DNA of 60,554 nt, filler included, from Squatina squatina (lineage: Eukaryota), in NCBI GenBank assembly GCA_031763465.1. It is 4 parts of 4 records of this genome, joined end to end, with 100 filler letters (N's around TTAATTAATTAA, not from the genome) between each part and the next. Parts side by side here need not be neighbours in the genome. Positions count along the whole stretch, not along the records: positions 15,843 to 30,478 come from JARFOE010000162.1; positions 30,579 to 47,189 come from JARFOE010000222.1; 2 more parts are not named here. One strand, written 5' to 3'. The notes beneath the pieces were generated by a model. That model saw only the letters and a program-made list of their open reading frames with translations, was not told the DNA's origin and ran no database searches. Shown one piece after another: positions 22,870 to 34,859 of the stretch; the stretch's first letter is position 1, and each line of letters starts with the position of its first letter. Both the position numbers and the translations under genes were made by a program.

Positions 22870-23705
22870 NNNNNNNNNNNNNNNNNNNNNNNNNNNNNNN
22901 NNNNNNNNNNNNNNNNNNNNNNNNNNNNNNNNNNNNNNNNNNNNNNNNNNNNNNNNNNNNNNNNNNNNNTACAACTTAATCACCCATAGATCTCTAAGGA
23001 TGTTACATACAATCTCATAATTCTAGACTCCCCAACACATGTCTCTTGTTAATAGCCTGTGATGTGGTGCTTGCAGCAGGCGACGGGCACACACACACAC
23101 ACACATTAAAGGATGGCGTGGCTAATCGCTGTTAAATCTGTTGCTAGGCGTGTCGCTAGGAGAGTTACTAAAACTGCTTTGCTTCCTCCTAGTTTCCGCG
23201 TCCACCTGGATGGGATGGAGACTATTTAAAAAAAAGAGAAGGGCCCGAGGTTCCTGGAGCCTGGTAATCACTGCACTGCCCACTCTCGCCGGTGCCAGAA
23301 TCAAAGGCACGAGTCCCAGTGAGATGGAGTGTTTTGTATTCTGGCAATGCTCCTCTTTTTTCCCCTCCCAGGGACTGCGGGATGGATGTACTGTTACTCC
23401 AGCACCACCGGATCATCTTAGTACTTGGCATCTGAATACCTAAAGCAGAATGGGTGGGAAAGACATCCGTTATTAATTGTTCATTCAAACGTCTACCAGT
23501 TATAGCAAACCTGAACACGTACACATTGCTGACATATACTGTACACACACCACCAATTAAATCAGATATCATTTTATGAGAACTTGGGTTCAAATTCTCT
23601 ACACTTGGTCTACTGTAGGATGAAAACTTTTGATCTCACAGTTAAGACGAGTTGAGTTTTGTTTTGAAAGTAACTTGTATTGTACATACCTGCAAGTTAA
23701 TCCTT

Positions 23706-23744
23706 TCAACGGCACAGAATTCTGTCATCGCTAACACAGGGAGC
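23706..23744 (-). CDS. ID1: Inhibitor of DNA binding 1, coding exon 2
   Basis: CTGTAG acceptor, then APCVSDDRILCR*. Human ID1 ends in DDRILCR. Confidence 0.92.
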   Translation of the reverse strand, partial: APCVSDDRILCR

Positions 23745-23979
23745 CTACAGATTTAAAAAAAGGGAAAATGAGTTCAATCAAACCTTCCATCATATCACAG
23801 GCACAATTAAGATATTTGAACTTCTGTCAATCCAAGTTAATAATGTGGAATTTTTTTAAAGTTATGCAGTGGATATTCTGAAATTTATTTGCAATATTTA
23901 TGAATATTATGGAATGGATATTCTGAAATTTTAAGATTTATGAATCATAGGAGAGTTTATATAAGGTGTCAGTATTTAC

Positions 23980-24348
23980 CTCTGCTGTGATCCCAGCCAC
24001 ATCCGTGTTGAGAGGAGTCCGGGACTGGGCTGTGGTCCCGGAGGCTTGTTGCTGACACCCCATGCCCGGCTGATCATCCAGCTCCAGCTGCAAGTCCCAG
24101 ATGTAATCGATGACATGCTGCAGGATCTCGACCTTGCTCACCTTCTTGTTCTGGGGCAGGGTGGGCACCAGCTCCTTGAGCTTGGTGTAGCAGCCGTTCA
24201 TGTCGTAGAGGAACATGCTCATCTGCTCGTCCAGGAGCGGGGGCACCTTGCACTTGGCGATAGTGATGCTCTGTTCGGAGAGGCACCTCACCACGTCCTC
24301 GTTGCATGCCTGGCGTTTCAAGGAACAGGCAGCGCTCACAACCTTCAT
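23980..24348 (-). CDS. ID1: Inhibitor of DNA binding 1, coding exon 1 (HLH domain)
   Basis: MKVVSA...LLDEQMSMFLYDMNGCYTKLKELVPTLPQNKKVSKVEILQHVIDYIWDLQLEL. GTAAAT donor. Confidence 0.96.
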
Positions 24349-24574
24349 TCTGGCGAACAGAGTGGGGAACAACANNNNNNNNNNNNNNNNNNNNNNNNNN
24401 NNNNNNNNNNNNNNNNNNNNNNNNNNNNNNNNNNNNNNNNNNNNNNNNNNNNNNNNNNNNNNNNNNNNNNNNNNCCGGGGTCTTGAACCTTAAAGCCTTC
24501 TGGGTTTTTTTTCGCAGAGGCGAGTTGGAAGAGAGAGAGAATTTTTTTTTGCTGTGACAACTCTGGCTGCCTAC

Positions 24575-24900
24575 GCCAGCTTTTTATGGCCATTGCTTGC
24601 AAAGTGGGCGTCTCCGAATGCATCAAGCCAAGGGCGGACTGTCTCCGGCAAATCACATCTGGGTTCAGGAACAGAACGAGGCGGAGCTTTACTGCCCTGG
24701 TTCAGCCAATGGAAAAATCCTTGGCTTCTATCAGGGTTTGAAATCTGTCAAAGTGGAGGAAAGGGGGAAAAAAAACAGGCAGAACTCGCAAATGGAAACA
24801 AATGTACATACGTTGGTGAAGATGTGGGAATGCAGCTGTTTGTGTCTGGTGGGGGTCTGCAGGTGGCGGTCGCTCCGGGGCGTGGGTGGAGAAATAATTC
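24575..24900 (-). promoter_or_regulatory. ID1 proximal promoter (TATA-like, GC box, CCAAT)
   Basis: CATAAAAAG on the minus strand at 24580-24588, GGGCGG near 24632 and CCAAT at 24706-24710. It lies upstream of the ID1 ATG, across a gap. Confidence 0.55.
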
Positions 24901-25429
24901 ATGAGAATGTGCACTCATCAGACGCGCAAATAAAGGTTTTTGAATTTATTTCGCGATCCCTCTATATTTTTTCACATTACCAGGGAGGGCCAGAAATAAC
25001 TCGCTCAAATCCCAACTGGGACTCGACTTTTTTTTTTCAGGAAGATACTCTTAATAAATGAAAACGCAAGATTGATACCACTCCCTTCCCCCTCCTTTCC
25101 CGTAACATGATTATCAGTGCACAACACACTACAGTATTTGAATCACCAATTCATCTTGGACTGAAGGAATTCAGACAGTGGCTTGAAATGTAACGGAATG
25201 TTTCAAACTAGAATATAAAGGAAATGAAGAATAACTCTGATAATTTGGTCTTCCATACACTTTAAAAGAGGCAGCATTTTAGTGAAAAAATGTCCATTTA
25301 CAAACGCAGTTTTTTTTTAATGTTTGCTTTTTCAATTTACTCCCGTAAAAGCATTAGCTACTTGCCAATTAATATTTTTGAATGGTTTTTCATCAGCGGC
25401 AAATATCAGAAGTTAAACCACTAGAATTT

Positions 25430-25760
25430 AGAACCTAAAATAAAAACAGAAAATGCTGCAAGCACACGCTGGAGGCAGCATCTGTGAAGAGAGAATCAGA
25501 GTTAATGCTTCAGGTCGATGACCTTGCATCAGAATGAGAAGATGTGAGCAATGAGCAGCTTTTAAGCAAGTACAGAGCCAGGGAAAGGCGGGGGAAGAGG
25601 GGGATGGGATGGATGGCAGAAAAAGACAAAAAGGAGAGGTCTGTGATAGGGTGGAGGCAGGAGTGATTAAATGAAAAAAGTGATGATGGTACAAGATAAA
25701 GTGAGGTGTTACTAAGGCAAATAATGGTCACTTGACTGGATATTGGAGGGAAAGTGTCAC
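25430..25760 (-). mobile_element. Penelope-like retroelement terminal fragment
   Basis: Reverse complement resembles CTGACGAAGGGTC...GACCTGAAACGTTAACTCTGTTTCTCTC...ACAGATGCTGCC seen at 55117-55215. Family name is from recall. Confidence 0.55.
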
Positions 25761-26096
25761 CATAAAAGTGTAATCCAATGTCTCCAGAGTAGGAAGGGAA
25801 AAATTGTTAAAGGGAAAAGAACTGGGTTTTAAAATGTTTGGTGTAGTGTGGNNNNNNNNNNNNNNNNNNNNNNNNNNNNNNNNNNNNNNNNNNNNNNNNN
25901 NNNNNNNNNNNNNNNNNNNNNNNNNNNNNNNNNNNNNNNNNNNNNNNNNNNNNNNNNNNNNNNNNNNNNNNNNNNNNNNNNNNNNNNNNNNNNNNNNNNN
26001 NNNNNNNNNNNNNNNNNNNNNNNNNNNNNNNNNNNNNNNNNNNNNNNNNNNNNNNNNNNNNNNNNNNNNNNNNNNNNNNNNNNNNNNNNNNNNNNN

Positions 26097-26210
26097 CCGT
26101 GACGTCACCCATTCATACAGCCTTGACGCCTGTCAAGCTGGCGCCGCGCAGGCGGTCGCCATGGCGCCCCGCACGCCAATCACCCGCACTACAAGGGCGC
26201 CGCGCAGCCA
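26097..26210 (-). promoter_or_regulatory. ID1 BMP-responsive element (CRE/ATF site plus GGCGCC Smad1/5 sites)
   Basis: TGACGTCA at 26100-26107 and GGCGCC at 26140, 26163 and 26196. The minus strand reads CCATGGCGACCGCCTGCGCGGCGCCAGCTTGACAG...ATGAATGGGTGACGTCACGG, like the mammalian ID1 BRE as recalled. Confidence 0.85.
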
Positions 26211-27552
26211 GCAATTAACTGGCAATCATCTGCACCCTGATAAATCGCCCTTTAATTTGTCACCTTAACCCCTCTTAAAAAGTTTACACCCCGCACACCT
26301 GCAAAGCCGTATTGTTGCTTGTGTTTTGNNNNNNNNNNAAGAGTTCGCATGGCTCGAATGCTTTTGCAGTTGCTTAAATGCTTGCAGCTAGACGGGGAAA
26401 AGGGGAGGGGGGTGGTGGGAAGAGAGACACTCTCAATCGAAAGCTTATGGTTCAATCTGCATTGCAATACATAAACCAGCTGCAGAACCTCGCACTGCAG
26501 GACAGCAGTTAACACATTATAAAGAGATTACCCTCTTTTTTTATTTCTTTGCAGTCCGCTGTACGTTTTAAACGGTGACTTAAAGGCAATATATATATAT
26601 AATATTCCAGAACACGACTCGTGCAACTGTACTATTCCCATACAGACACAAATTGAAAACACGTTGGGAAGGGAAAAAATATTTAGAGCACATCTGTTTG
26701 CCTACATCTGTGAACATGGAATGTAGTCGTTATAGAGTAGCCCTGAGTGTTGATATGAGGGGGGGAACCTCAGTATATATCGCGTGAAAAATACAAATTT
26801 TAACTTTTACGAAAAGCATTTTCAGCTGTTTATTGTTACCGTTGAAATGACAGGAAACAATGTTTTTTTCTGTATTGCATCAGTGAAAATCATATTTTCC
26901 AAATACGATTGCAACACAACTGAGAGACAAAAGTAGCAACAATATGATTCAAACTTTTTAATGCACTCTTGTAATTTGAATGTTGTGTTGTAATCAAATT
27001 GAATACCAAAACAGAAGGTTAAAAGTTAGTATTTTACATTAAAGGTATAAAATCGGATGGAAATGCTACTTTAAATCTATTTGTTTGAAATTAGAGTCTC
27101 CCTTTAGTTATCGTTAGACCTTTGTCCCATTCAATTTCTACAACTGTATTATCAAATCTTTGGCTATTTAATATTATTTGCAAATCTACCTCAGGTCTCT
27201 CCTTAAAAATTACAAATGTGTTTTTATGTATAAATTATACATAATATAATTAACTGTACATTAAAATCAACACAAAATTGACCAAAACGTTGTTTGAGAA
27301 AAAGGTAACATTTATTAATCGGATTTGACTTGGTTAATAAAATATATTAATTCGTGAAACGGTGGAGTTTTTCTTCAAAGTTCTTTTTTCCCTCTAGTCC
27401 CTTCCAGCTTTGAAAACTGAAATCTTAACTTTCATGTCCGGTTGCATTTTGCTAGCCCTGTTTCAGGTCAGAGCCCACAGGCTGTGCCCGGGACTGCAGG
27501 GCAGTTGGAACAATAGGGGATAAGGAGCGAGTTGGTGGGAGAGATTCAGGCT

Positions 27553-27568
27553 GGCGACACTCTGTCTG
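27553..27568 (+). promoter_or_regulatory. Candidate Smad1/5-Smad4 composite site GRCGNC-N5-GTCTG
   Basis: GGCGAC-ACTCT-GTCTG in a GC-enriched patch upstream of ID1. Confidence 0.5.
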
Positions 27569-27992
27569 AGCCTGCTCTTTGCTCTCCTCAGCCCTCTTTG
27601 TTCAGCTNNNNNNNNNNTCCTACTGCCCTTTAACAATGACCCAGCCAGATGGGTTTCCCACCCCCCAAAAACTAATCTTGTTTACAGCGCATCAGACAAA
27701 ATATAAAAAAAATGAAACACTTTAGTCTCAAAGGCAAGAGGAAAGTTCTACAGGCATACCTATTACCAAGGCAAATTAGTGAAGGTTGGATTATTCTTAA
27801 AGTTCCCTCTTACCTAGAGAGAGGGGGAAAAAAACTTTTTTTTAATAAATATAAGTAATGATTCTCCACTCTCCTGAAATACATTATATTCACCTTTGCC
27901 AGCCTAGAAGGACATACTGTAGACAAGCTCCAAGGTCTCTGGCAATGCTCCAGCAGAACTGGTTGCTAAGGCCTTCACGATCAATCTTGCTC

Positions 27993-28190
27993 ATGTGCTG
28001 AGTTAGCAGTTCGGGTGCCACGATTGGCATCAGCAGCCCTATGCTGGACGGGTGGGTGGAAATCAACCAAGGGTTTCCTGCTGCTCCTGACCCGGTGACC
28101 TGGTGACTCCCCGCCCATCGCTGCTGGGTGTGGACATATTTCAGGGCAGGATTGGTGTGGCTGCAAATTCCCCCTTCCATGGTCGAACAT
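27993..28190 (+). mobile_element. Old tRNA-derived SINE (AmnSINE2-like), degenerate
   Basis: GTGCTGAGTTAGC...GATTGGCATCAGCAGCCC...AAATCAACCAAGGGTTTCCTGCT...GTGTGGACAT...CAGGATTGG. Homologous to 42200-42480. Confidence 0.55.
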
Positions 28191-28199
28191 CAGCAATGA

Positions 28200-28581
28200 C
28201 TCATCCTTGTTTTCAAAGCCTTCATGGCCCTCCCTCTTTCTGTAATCTCCTCCAGTCTAACAGCACCCCCGAGATCTCTGCGCTCCTCTTAATTCTGGCC
28301 TCTTGAGCAGTCCTGATTTCAATCGCTCCACCATTGGTGGCCGTGCCTTCTGTTGCCTTAACCCGAAGCTCTGGAACTCCCTGCCTAAACCTCTTTGCCT
28401 CTCTACCTCTCTCTCCTTCTTTAAGACGCTCCTTAAAACCTACCTCTTTGGCCAAGTTTTTGGTTGCCTGTCCTAATATCTTTGTATGTGGCTTGTGTCA
28501 AATTTTGTCTGATATCACTCCTGTGAAGCACCTTGGGACATTTTACTACATTAAAGGCGCTATATAAATGCAAGTTGTTGT
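28200..28581 (+). mobile_element. L2-type LINE 3' end
   Basis: Ends in TTAAAGGCGCTATATAAATGCAAGTTGTTGT. The tail recurs at 28682-28765 and 8500-8650. Confidence 0.75.
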
Positions 28582-30057
28582 NNNNNNNNNNNNNNNNNNN
28601 NNNNNNNNNNNNNNNNNNNNNNNNNNNNNNNNNNNNNNNNNNNNNNNNNNNNNNNNNNNNNNNNNNNNNNNNNNNNNNNNNTTTTGTCTTATAACACTCC
28701 TGTGGAGCGCATTGCGATGTTTTACTATGTTAAAGGTGCTGTATGAATGCAAGTTGTTGTTGTTTGGATTTACTGGAGATATATTTTCTCTGGCTTGCTA
28801 AAATCCCTTCCATGCCCCCACATCTCACCTGGTGCTCACCCAGTGTTCCCATGAAAAGACAACACCCAATGCAGCCAACCTTCCTCGGAAATGATGGGCG
28901 TTCCCAGTGGTGGGCCTGAGCGAGATGGACAGGTTTACATTGGAGTTGGCGCTGGCTACCCAAATCACAGGCAAGCAGCACTCTCGGGCCGATGTAAAAA
29001 CAGCTACATGAAACCACCGTCCCATTACCACCTTGTGTTTCCTTGGCAGCTATCCAGATCCTTTTACATGTATTTTTCTTTTANNNNNNNNNNCCGACAA
29101 TAGTTCTATATTTTTGTGGTGTCATCTGAACTAAAGTGCAAGCTGGCTGGACCAAGGAAGCGTTTTGTAGGTGCTGCCCACGCGCACCCCCCTCCCCCCT
29201 TCATGTCACAAAGTCAGCAGTCCTCCCGTACTGTACTGTGTACTGCGCTGAGCAACGGTTCAGTCAGGCTGACCCCTCTCACACAAGAGTCCCAGGGTAG
29301 GTGGTTGAACAGCTTGCATCCCTATTCACAGCACCTTCATTGAGCCCAGTTCCCACACAGCTATCAAAGCACTTAATAGCTTATAATTAGCTCGCCATCT
29401 GGTAGCAGNNNNNNNNNNNNNNNNNNNNNNNNNNNNNNNNNNNNNNNNNNNNNNNNNNNNNNNNNNNNNNNNNNNNNNNNNNNNNNNNNNNNNNNNNNNN
29501 NNNNNNNNNNNNNNNNNNNNNNNNNNNNNNNNNNNNNNNNNNNNNNNNNNNNNNNNNNNNNNNNNNNNNNNNNCCAGTAACTGCACTCTTCAGCGCCAGA
29601 AACAACACTGAATCTAGTTAATACCAGCTTAATGACTGAGTTAAATGTACTCATTACCACATAGGCAGTGATCTTCGTACAATGGCTGGTCAAAGCAATA
29701 TGGAAACTTTTTCATATTCATTGCACAGTTAAACTAATCTCACACCTGCTTATCATGAGTCATTATTGCTGATCAGCGCAATGTTTGACAAAGTTCTTTT
29801 TTTTTCTCTTTCTGTGTTTTCCGTCCTGCCCCTAGCGCCACCCCGCCCCCCAAATTTCCTTCCCTTCTCTCCTGATTGTATGCCCTCGAAGGGGTATAGG
29901 TCCACACGTGACAGGAGCCCTCCAGTACCTCACTACTCTTCCCGTGTGATTAGGTTCCCTCGGTCTGTTCGACCGCGGGTTACATCACAGCTTAGTCCGA
30001 CATTGTCCTCGCCTGTCATTCAGCAGGGGTCACCGGATTGTCCAGTGGGGTAGTGGT

Positions 30058-30182
30058 CAGTGTTCCCGTTAAAATTTTTGGGGTGCGTAACCCATTCAAA
30101 ATAACATGCGCGGTTTTTCCCATTGAAAAGCGGGTGAGCCGGCTCACAATCTGTGCAGCAGTGCAGCTTAAAGGGAACATTA
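30058..30182. mobile_element. 125-bp hAT-like MITE
   Basis: Imperfect TIRs CAGTGTTCCCGTTAA and TTAAAGGGAACATTA, flanked by near-identical 8-mers GTAGTGGT and TTAGTGGT. Confidence 0.65.
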
Positions 30183-30195
30183 TTAGTGGTTATGT

Positions 30196-30478
30196 TAGTT
30201 CACCATGTGAGGGGCGTTCACCATGTGAGGGGCTTTCACCCGGGGGGGGGGAGTTCACCATGTGAGGGGAGCTCACCCTGGGGGGGGGAGTTCACCATGT
30301 GAGGGGATTTCACCATGTGGTGGGGGGTTCACCATGTGAGGTCAGTTCACCATGTGAGGGGCTTTCACCATGAGAGGGAGTTCACCATGTGGGGAGGAGT
30401 TCACCATGTGAGGTGTGTTCACCATGTGAAGTGAGTTCACCATGTGAGGACAGTTCACCATGTGACGGGAGTTCACCA
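30196..30478. repeat. About 19-bp minisatellite (AGTTCACCATGTGAGGGGN)
   Basis: About 14 visible tandem copies running into the gap. Confidence 0.92.
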
Positions 30479-30522
30479 NNNNNNNNNNNNNNNNNNNNNN
30501 NNNNNNNNNNNNNNNNNNNNNN

Positions 30523-30534
30523 TTAATTAATTAA
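30523..30534. other. Artificial scaffold linker TTAATTAATTAA
   Basis: Same 12-mer within an N-run as at 15787. Confidence 0.95.
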
Positions 30535-31117
30535 NNNNNNNNNNNNNNNNNNNNNNNNNNNNNNNNNNNNNNNNNNNNACTATGCTACTGTACCAAAAAT
30601 AACATATGGTGCAGTGATGTAAATAGCTACACACAACTAGTTTCCAAAGCGCATGGGGAAAATAGTATACCAAGATGGAAGTGACCGATGTAACAAAGCT
30701 TGCTACTTCCTTATTGGGTGCCCTTGCAAGCAAGCAAGCCACAAAGACCACAACACAGTAAAAATGAGATACAAAGACAACTAAAACAGCTCAATGTCAT
30801 CTGAGGATTTATAGTTAGATATATAAACAGAAATAATTCAGCCAGCATTCATCCGAAGCAACTGGCTCTTAAAATACTTGTGTCCCAAAATACTCGTCTC
30901 CACCAATTTCCAGCTAGACAGCAGCTTCTGTACCTAGCCTGCACAGCTCTGACTGACCACAAATGATGAGTAGGGATTTAGTCTGGCCTATTTCAATCCC
31001 CTTGAAATATTAACCTGATGCACTTTAAGTACAGCATTTCATTTAACACAGTAGTTCCTATTCCGAGACCAGCTCCCTTAAACCTACAGCACCAAGACTG
31101 CTTCACTTAGCTGTCAC

Positions 31118-31390
31118 AAGAATACGAACAGGAGGAGGAGGCCATTCAATTGGATCATGATTTATCTGTACCTCAATGCCATTTCCCTGCCTTTACTCCG
31201 TATCTCGATACCTTCACCTAATAAAAATCTATCACTCTCAGTCTTGAAAGTTTCAATGGAAGCAATATCCATGCCTTTTAGGGAAGAGCTCCAGACTTCA
31301 GCTATCTTTTGCCTGAAAAAGTGTTTCCAGATTTCACTCCTGAACGGCCTGGCTCTAATCATAAGATTATACCGCCTTGTTCTGAATCTT
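31118..31390 (-). mobile_element. CR1 LINE 3' fragment
   Basis: RARPFRSEIWKHFFRQKIAEVWSSS...IETFKTESDRFL, a CR1 ORF2 C-terminal pattern, plus the tail. Confidence 0.7.
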
Positions 31391-32057
31391 GCACGCTCAG
31401 CACAATAAAATCTGTATGTTTTGACACGGTTCCAGGACTGTACATTTGATATCATGTTAAACAGTTCAAATAATAAATTTGTATTTCAATAGATCGAGTA
31501 CCAGCAAAAATAGTCAGTAACTCTGTATCCCCTTTAATTGGTCTCATCAACAAGATATTAGAGATCACAAAACAGTAGAAATTAGAAAAAAAAACTGCAA
31601 GCCAGATAACGGCAGAACACACTTCCGTATGTGTCTTTCCTATTTACAGAAGACCTGCTGTGTACTTTCAGCATTTTCTGGTTTCATTCTATTATTTAGC
31701 ACATGTTGTAGCCATGTGAATTACACCAGCGGGTATAAAGCTACAAAGTCAGATCTGCAATGATGGCACAAATGAAAAAGAAAACTCCAAATGGAAATTA
31801 CAGATTGTCACAGGATTCATTACCTGTCTTTTTACAGATGCTGACTGGCCTGCCATGTATTTCCAGCGTATTAACAATTCAAAAATCCAACTCCACGCCA
31901 GGTCTGGACCAATTTAAAAGTAATGCCAGTCCTTCCCAGATAGATATTTTTAGCAGAAACAGAAAAAAAAAGCTGGAAACACGCAGTAATCAGCATCTGC
32001 GCTGAGAACAGTCTGGCCATGCCTTTTTCCAGAACTGGCAATAAAGAGAAAGAAACA

Positions 32058-32302
32058 AAGACTTGCATTTCTATAGTGCTTTTCACGACCTCGGGATGAC
32101 CCAAAGTGCTTTACAGCCAATGAACTACTTGTGGTCACTGTTGTAATGTGGGAAAAGTGGCAGCCAATTTGCGCACAGCAAGCTCCCACAAACAGCAATG
32201 CGATAATGGTCAGATAATCTGTTTTAGTAATGTTGATTGAGGGATAAATATTGGCGCCAGGGCACCAGGGAGAACTCCCTTGCTCCTCTTCGAAATAGTG
32301 TC
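32058..32302 (-). mobile_element. Deu-domain SINE, 3' half
   Basis: Reverse complement of 43200-43445. Confidence 0.8.
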
Positions 32303-32622
32303 NNNNNNNNNNNNNNNNNNNNNNNNNNNNNNNNNNNNNNNNNNNNNNNNNNNNNNNNNNNNNNNNNNNNNNNNNNNNNNNNNNNNNNNNNNNNNNNNNN
32401 NNGGGCTCGATGTCCCCCCCCCGCTCCTGTGTTCCAGTTGATGCCAAGCAAGCGTTGCTGTCGATATGAAGATTGCTCTTGCCTGTTACTGGGTGTGTAT
32501 TGTAATAATGTTTGGATGTGACCTCTGAGACCAGCTCCTTTCTCACACCTTTTCCTCTTTTCTCTCCTCCCTGTTTGTCTGTCATGCTCTTTGCTTTACT
32601 CCTACTCTCTGCTTGCTCGTAG

Positions 32623-32989
32623 ACATTTCAGTCAGTCTGCTTGCTGTAGTCGTCAGTTTCTGTGGGCTTGCCCTGTTGGTAGTGTCTCTGTTTGTATTTT
32701 GGAAGCTGTGCTGGCCGTACTGGAGGAATAAAGATCTTACTTCTAATGCCAATAACGTCCCTCAGCAAACCTCGAGTGATCCCCCAGAGGCTGTGCAAAC
32801 TCCAGAGAAAGAGGAAATTCAGGAGATTAAAGAGAATGGAAAGAATTCAGTCGCGTTACTGGCAACCGCCATGAAGATCAGCCAGACCTCTCCAGACATA
32901 CCAGCAGAGGTCCAAGCTGCGCTCAAGGAGCATCTGCTCAAGCATTCACGTGTGCAACGGCAGACGACAGAACCTACGTCCTCCTCCAG
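32623..32989 (+). CDS. SYT10: Synaptotagmin-10 exon 2 (TM plus linker)
   Basis: DISVSLLAVVVSFCGLALLVVSLFVFWKLCWP...KISQTSPDIPAEVQAALKEHLLKHSRVQRQTTEPTSSSR. AG/GT boundaries. Confidence 0.93.
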
Positions 32990-33177
32990 GTTAGTGCTGG
33001 TCCAACCATGACTGCTTTTGTTTCTGAGCAGGGAGGAGGGGTAGGATGGTGTAGACGTTATGTTACTGGATTAATAANNNNNNNNNNNNNNNNNNNNNNN
33101 NNNNNNNNNNNNNNNNNNNNNNNNNNNNNNNNNNNNNNNNNNNNNNNNNNNNNNNNNNNNNNNNNNNNNNNNNNNNN

Positions 33178-33664
33178 TTTGCAGAGAGGAGAGACCACCA
33201 CCAGCATTGGACGGATTAAACCGGAACTCTACAAACAGAAGTCAGTCGACTCACAGGACGGCGACAAGGATGTAAAAACCAGCGGAAAGTTAAACCTTAC
33301 TCTTAAGTACGATTATGAGAACGAGCATTTGATCGTAACAATTCTCAAATCCTTGGACTTGCCGGCAAAAGATTTTTCTGGAACCTCAGACCCTTATGTT
33401 AAAATTTACCTCCTCCCAGATCGGAAAAAGAAATTCCAGACTCGAGTTCACAGGAAGACGCTCAATCCCATCTTTAACGAAACGTTTCAGTTTCCAGTGC
33501 CGTTCGACCATCTCAACAACAGGAAGCTGCATTTCAGTGTTTTTGACTTTGATCGGTTTTCTAGACATGACATGATTGGAGAGGTCATTGTAGATAACCT
33601 GTTCGAACTGTTGGACCTTCCAAAGGAAGACACAATATGGAGGGACATCATTTGTGTCACAATA
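33178..33664 (+). CDS. SYT10: Synaptotagmin-10 exon 3 (C2A domain), 5' truncated by gap
   Basis: [24 protein letters not shown]...[38 protein letters not shown]...[19 protein letters not shown] donor. Confidence 0.93.
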
Positions 33665-33724
33665 GTGAGTATAATTGCTGCCAATAATATAAACCTATTC
33701 AGTATTTGCAGCGACCTCAGGAAT

Positions 33725-34262
33725 CCAGTTGGTAGCACGCTTGCTTCTTGGTCAGCAGGTTGTGAGTTCAAACCCCCACTCCAGGATTTCAGCACATAAT
33801 CCAGGCTGATATTGCAGTGCCCTGCTATGGGAGTGCTGCACTGTCAGTGATACTGGGGGTGAAAGTGATCTTTAACAGTTGTGCAAATTAAGTGATAACC
33901 AACCGGCAGTGTTGACATTGACTTCAATGGAAGAGTGTGAAACGGGCTGTCGATTCACTGCGGCATGCTTTGTGCTGTCACCCAAGATCAGTTTTACTCC
34001 CATCATCTCTTAAATGAGGTGTTAAACCACGGACCCATCTTCCCGCTCGCATGCATACTGAACATCCCATGGCACCATGTGTCCTCGCCAATATTCCTCC
34101 CTCAACCAACACAGCCACACGCTGGTTGTGGGAACTTGCTGTGTGCAAGTTGGTTGCCATGGAGTGTCTACAAAACTACAGAGACTACACTTCAGAAGTA
34201 ATTCATTGACTGTGGAGAGCTTTGGGATATCCTGATGTTGTCATAAGGCACAATATAAGTGC
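33725..34262 (+). mobile_element. Deu-domain SINE interrupted by a MITE at about 33854-34002
   Basis: The tRNA-like head and GAGTGCTGCACTGTCAG body resume after the insert at AAATGAGGTGTTAAACC. Collinear with the uninterrupted copy at 43006. Confidence 0.7.
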
Positions 34263-34738
34263 GAGGAAACAGAGGGATATGGGCGCAGGGTGGGAGGAGG
34301 CTTGTGCCACACTAACCAGTCTGGCTGAATGGCCAGTTCCTGTGCTGCAGATTCTATGTAATTCTCCAGCTTTTATTTTCTTTCTTTCTCTCTTTCTCTT
34401 TTTCTTTCTTTCTCAGCACAGCGTTAAACAGAATGGCAAGGTTGCAAACAACCTGGTTCAGCCAGAGACGGTGGCCAGGGAGGGGAATGGAATTGGTGGC
34501 GAGGGAATGGAGTTTGTGGCAATGACTTTCACTCTTCCCAATATTTAATTGGAGGAAATTTGTATCCATCTAAAACTGGATGTCTGACAAACAATGTGAC
34601 AAATCAGATTTCTTTGTTGAATGATTCCTTTTTCAGTTTTGAATCATCGATTGAGGTTATTGCCTCTGAACATACCTAAAAGGTTAACACCTTGGAGATG
34701 TTAAAAGTGTAGTTTTATTTTTTTTTCTCTTCCGATAG

Positions 34739-34859
34739 GAGAGCGTGGATTTAGGAGAGATCATGTTTTCCCTTTGCTACCTTCCAACAGCTGGACGGAT
34801 GACACTGACTGTCATTAAATGCAGGAACCTTAAAGCCATGGACATTACAGGATTCTCCG
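34739..34859 (+). CDS. SYT10: Synaptotagmin-10 exon 4 (start of C2B)
   Basis: [44 protein letters not shown] boundaries, 121 bp. Confidence 0.93.

Noticed and set aside
27890-28180. 96-aa minus-strand ORF that looked like an exon
   Set aside because: It overlaps the degenerate SINE on the opposite strand and has no recognisable protein motif.
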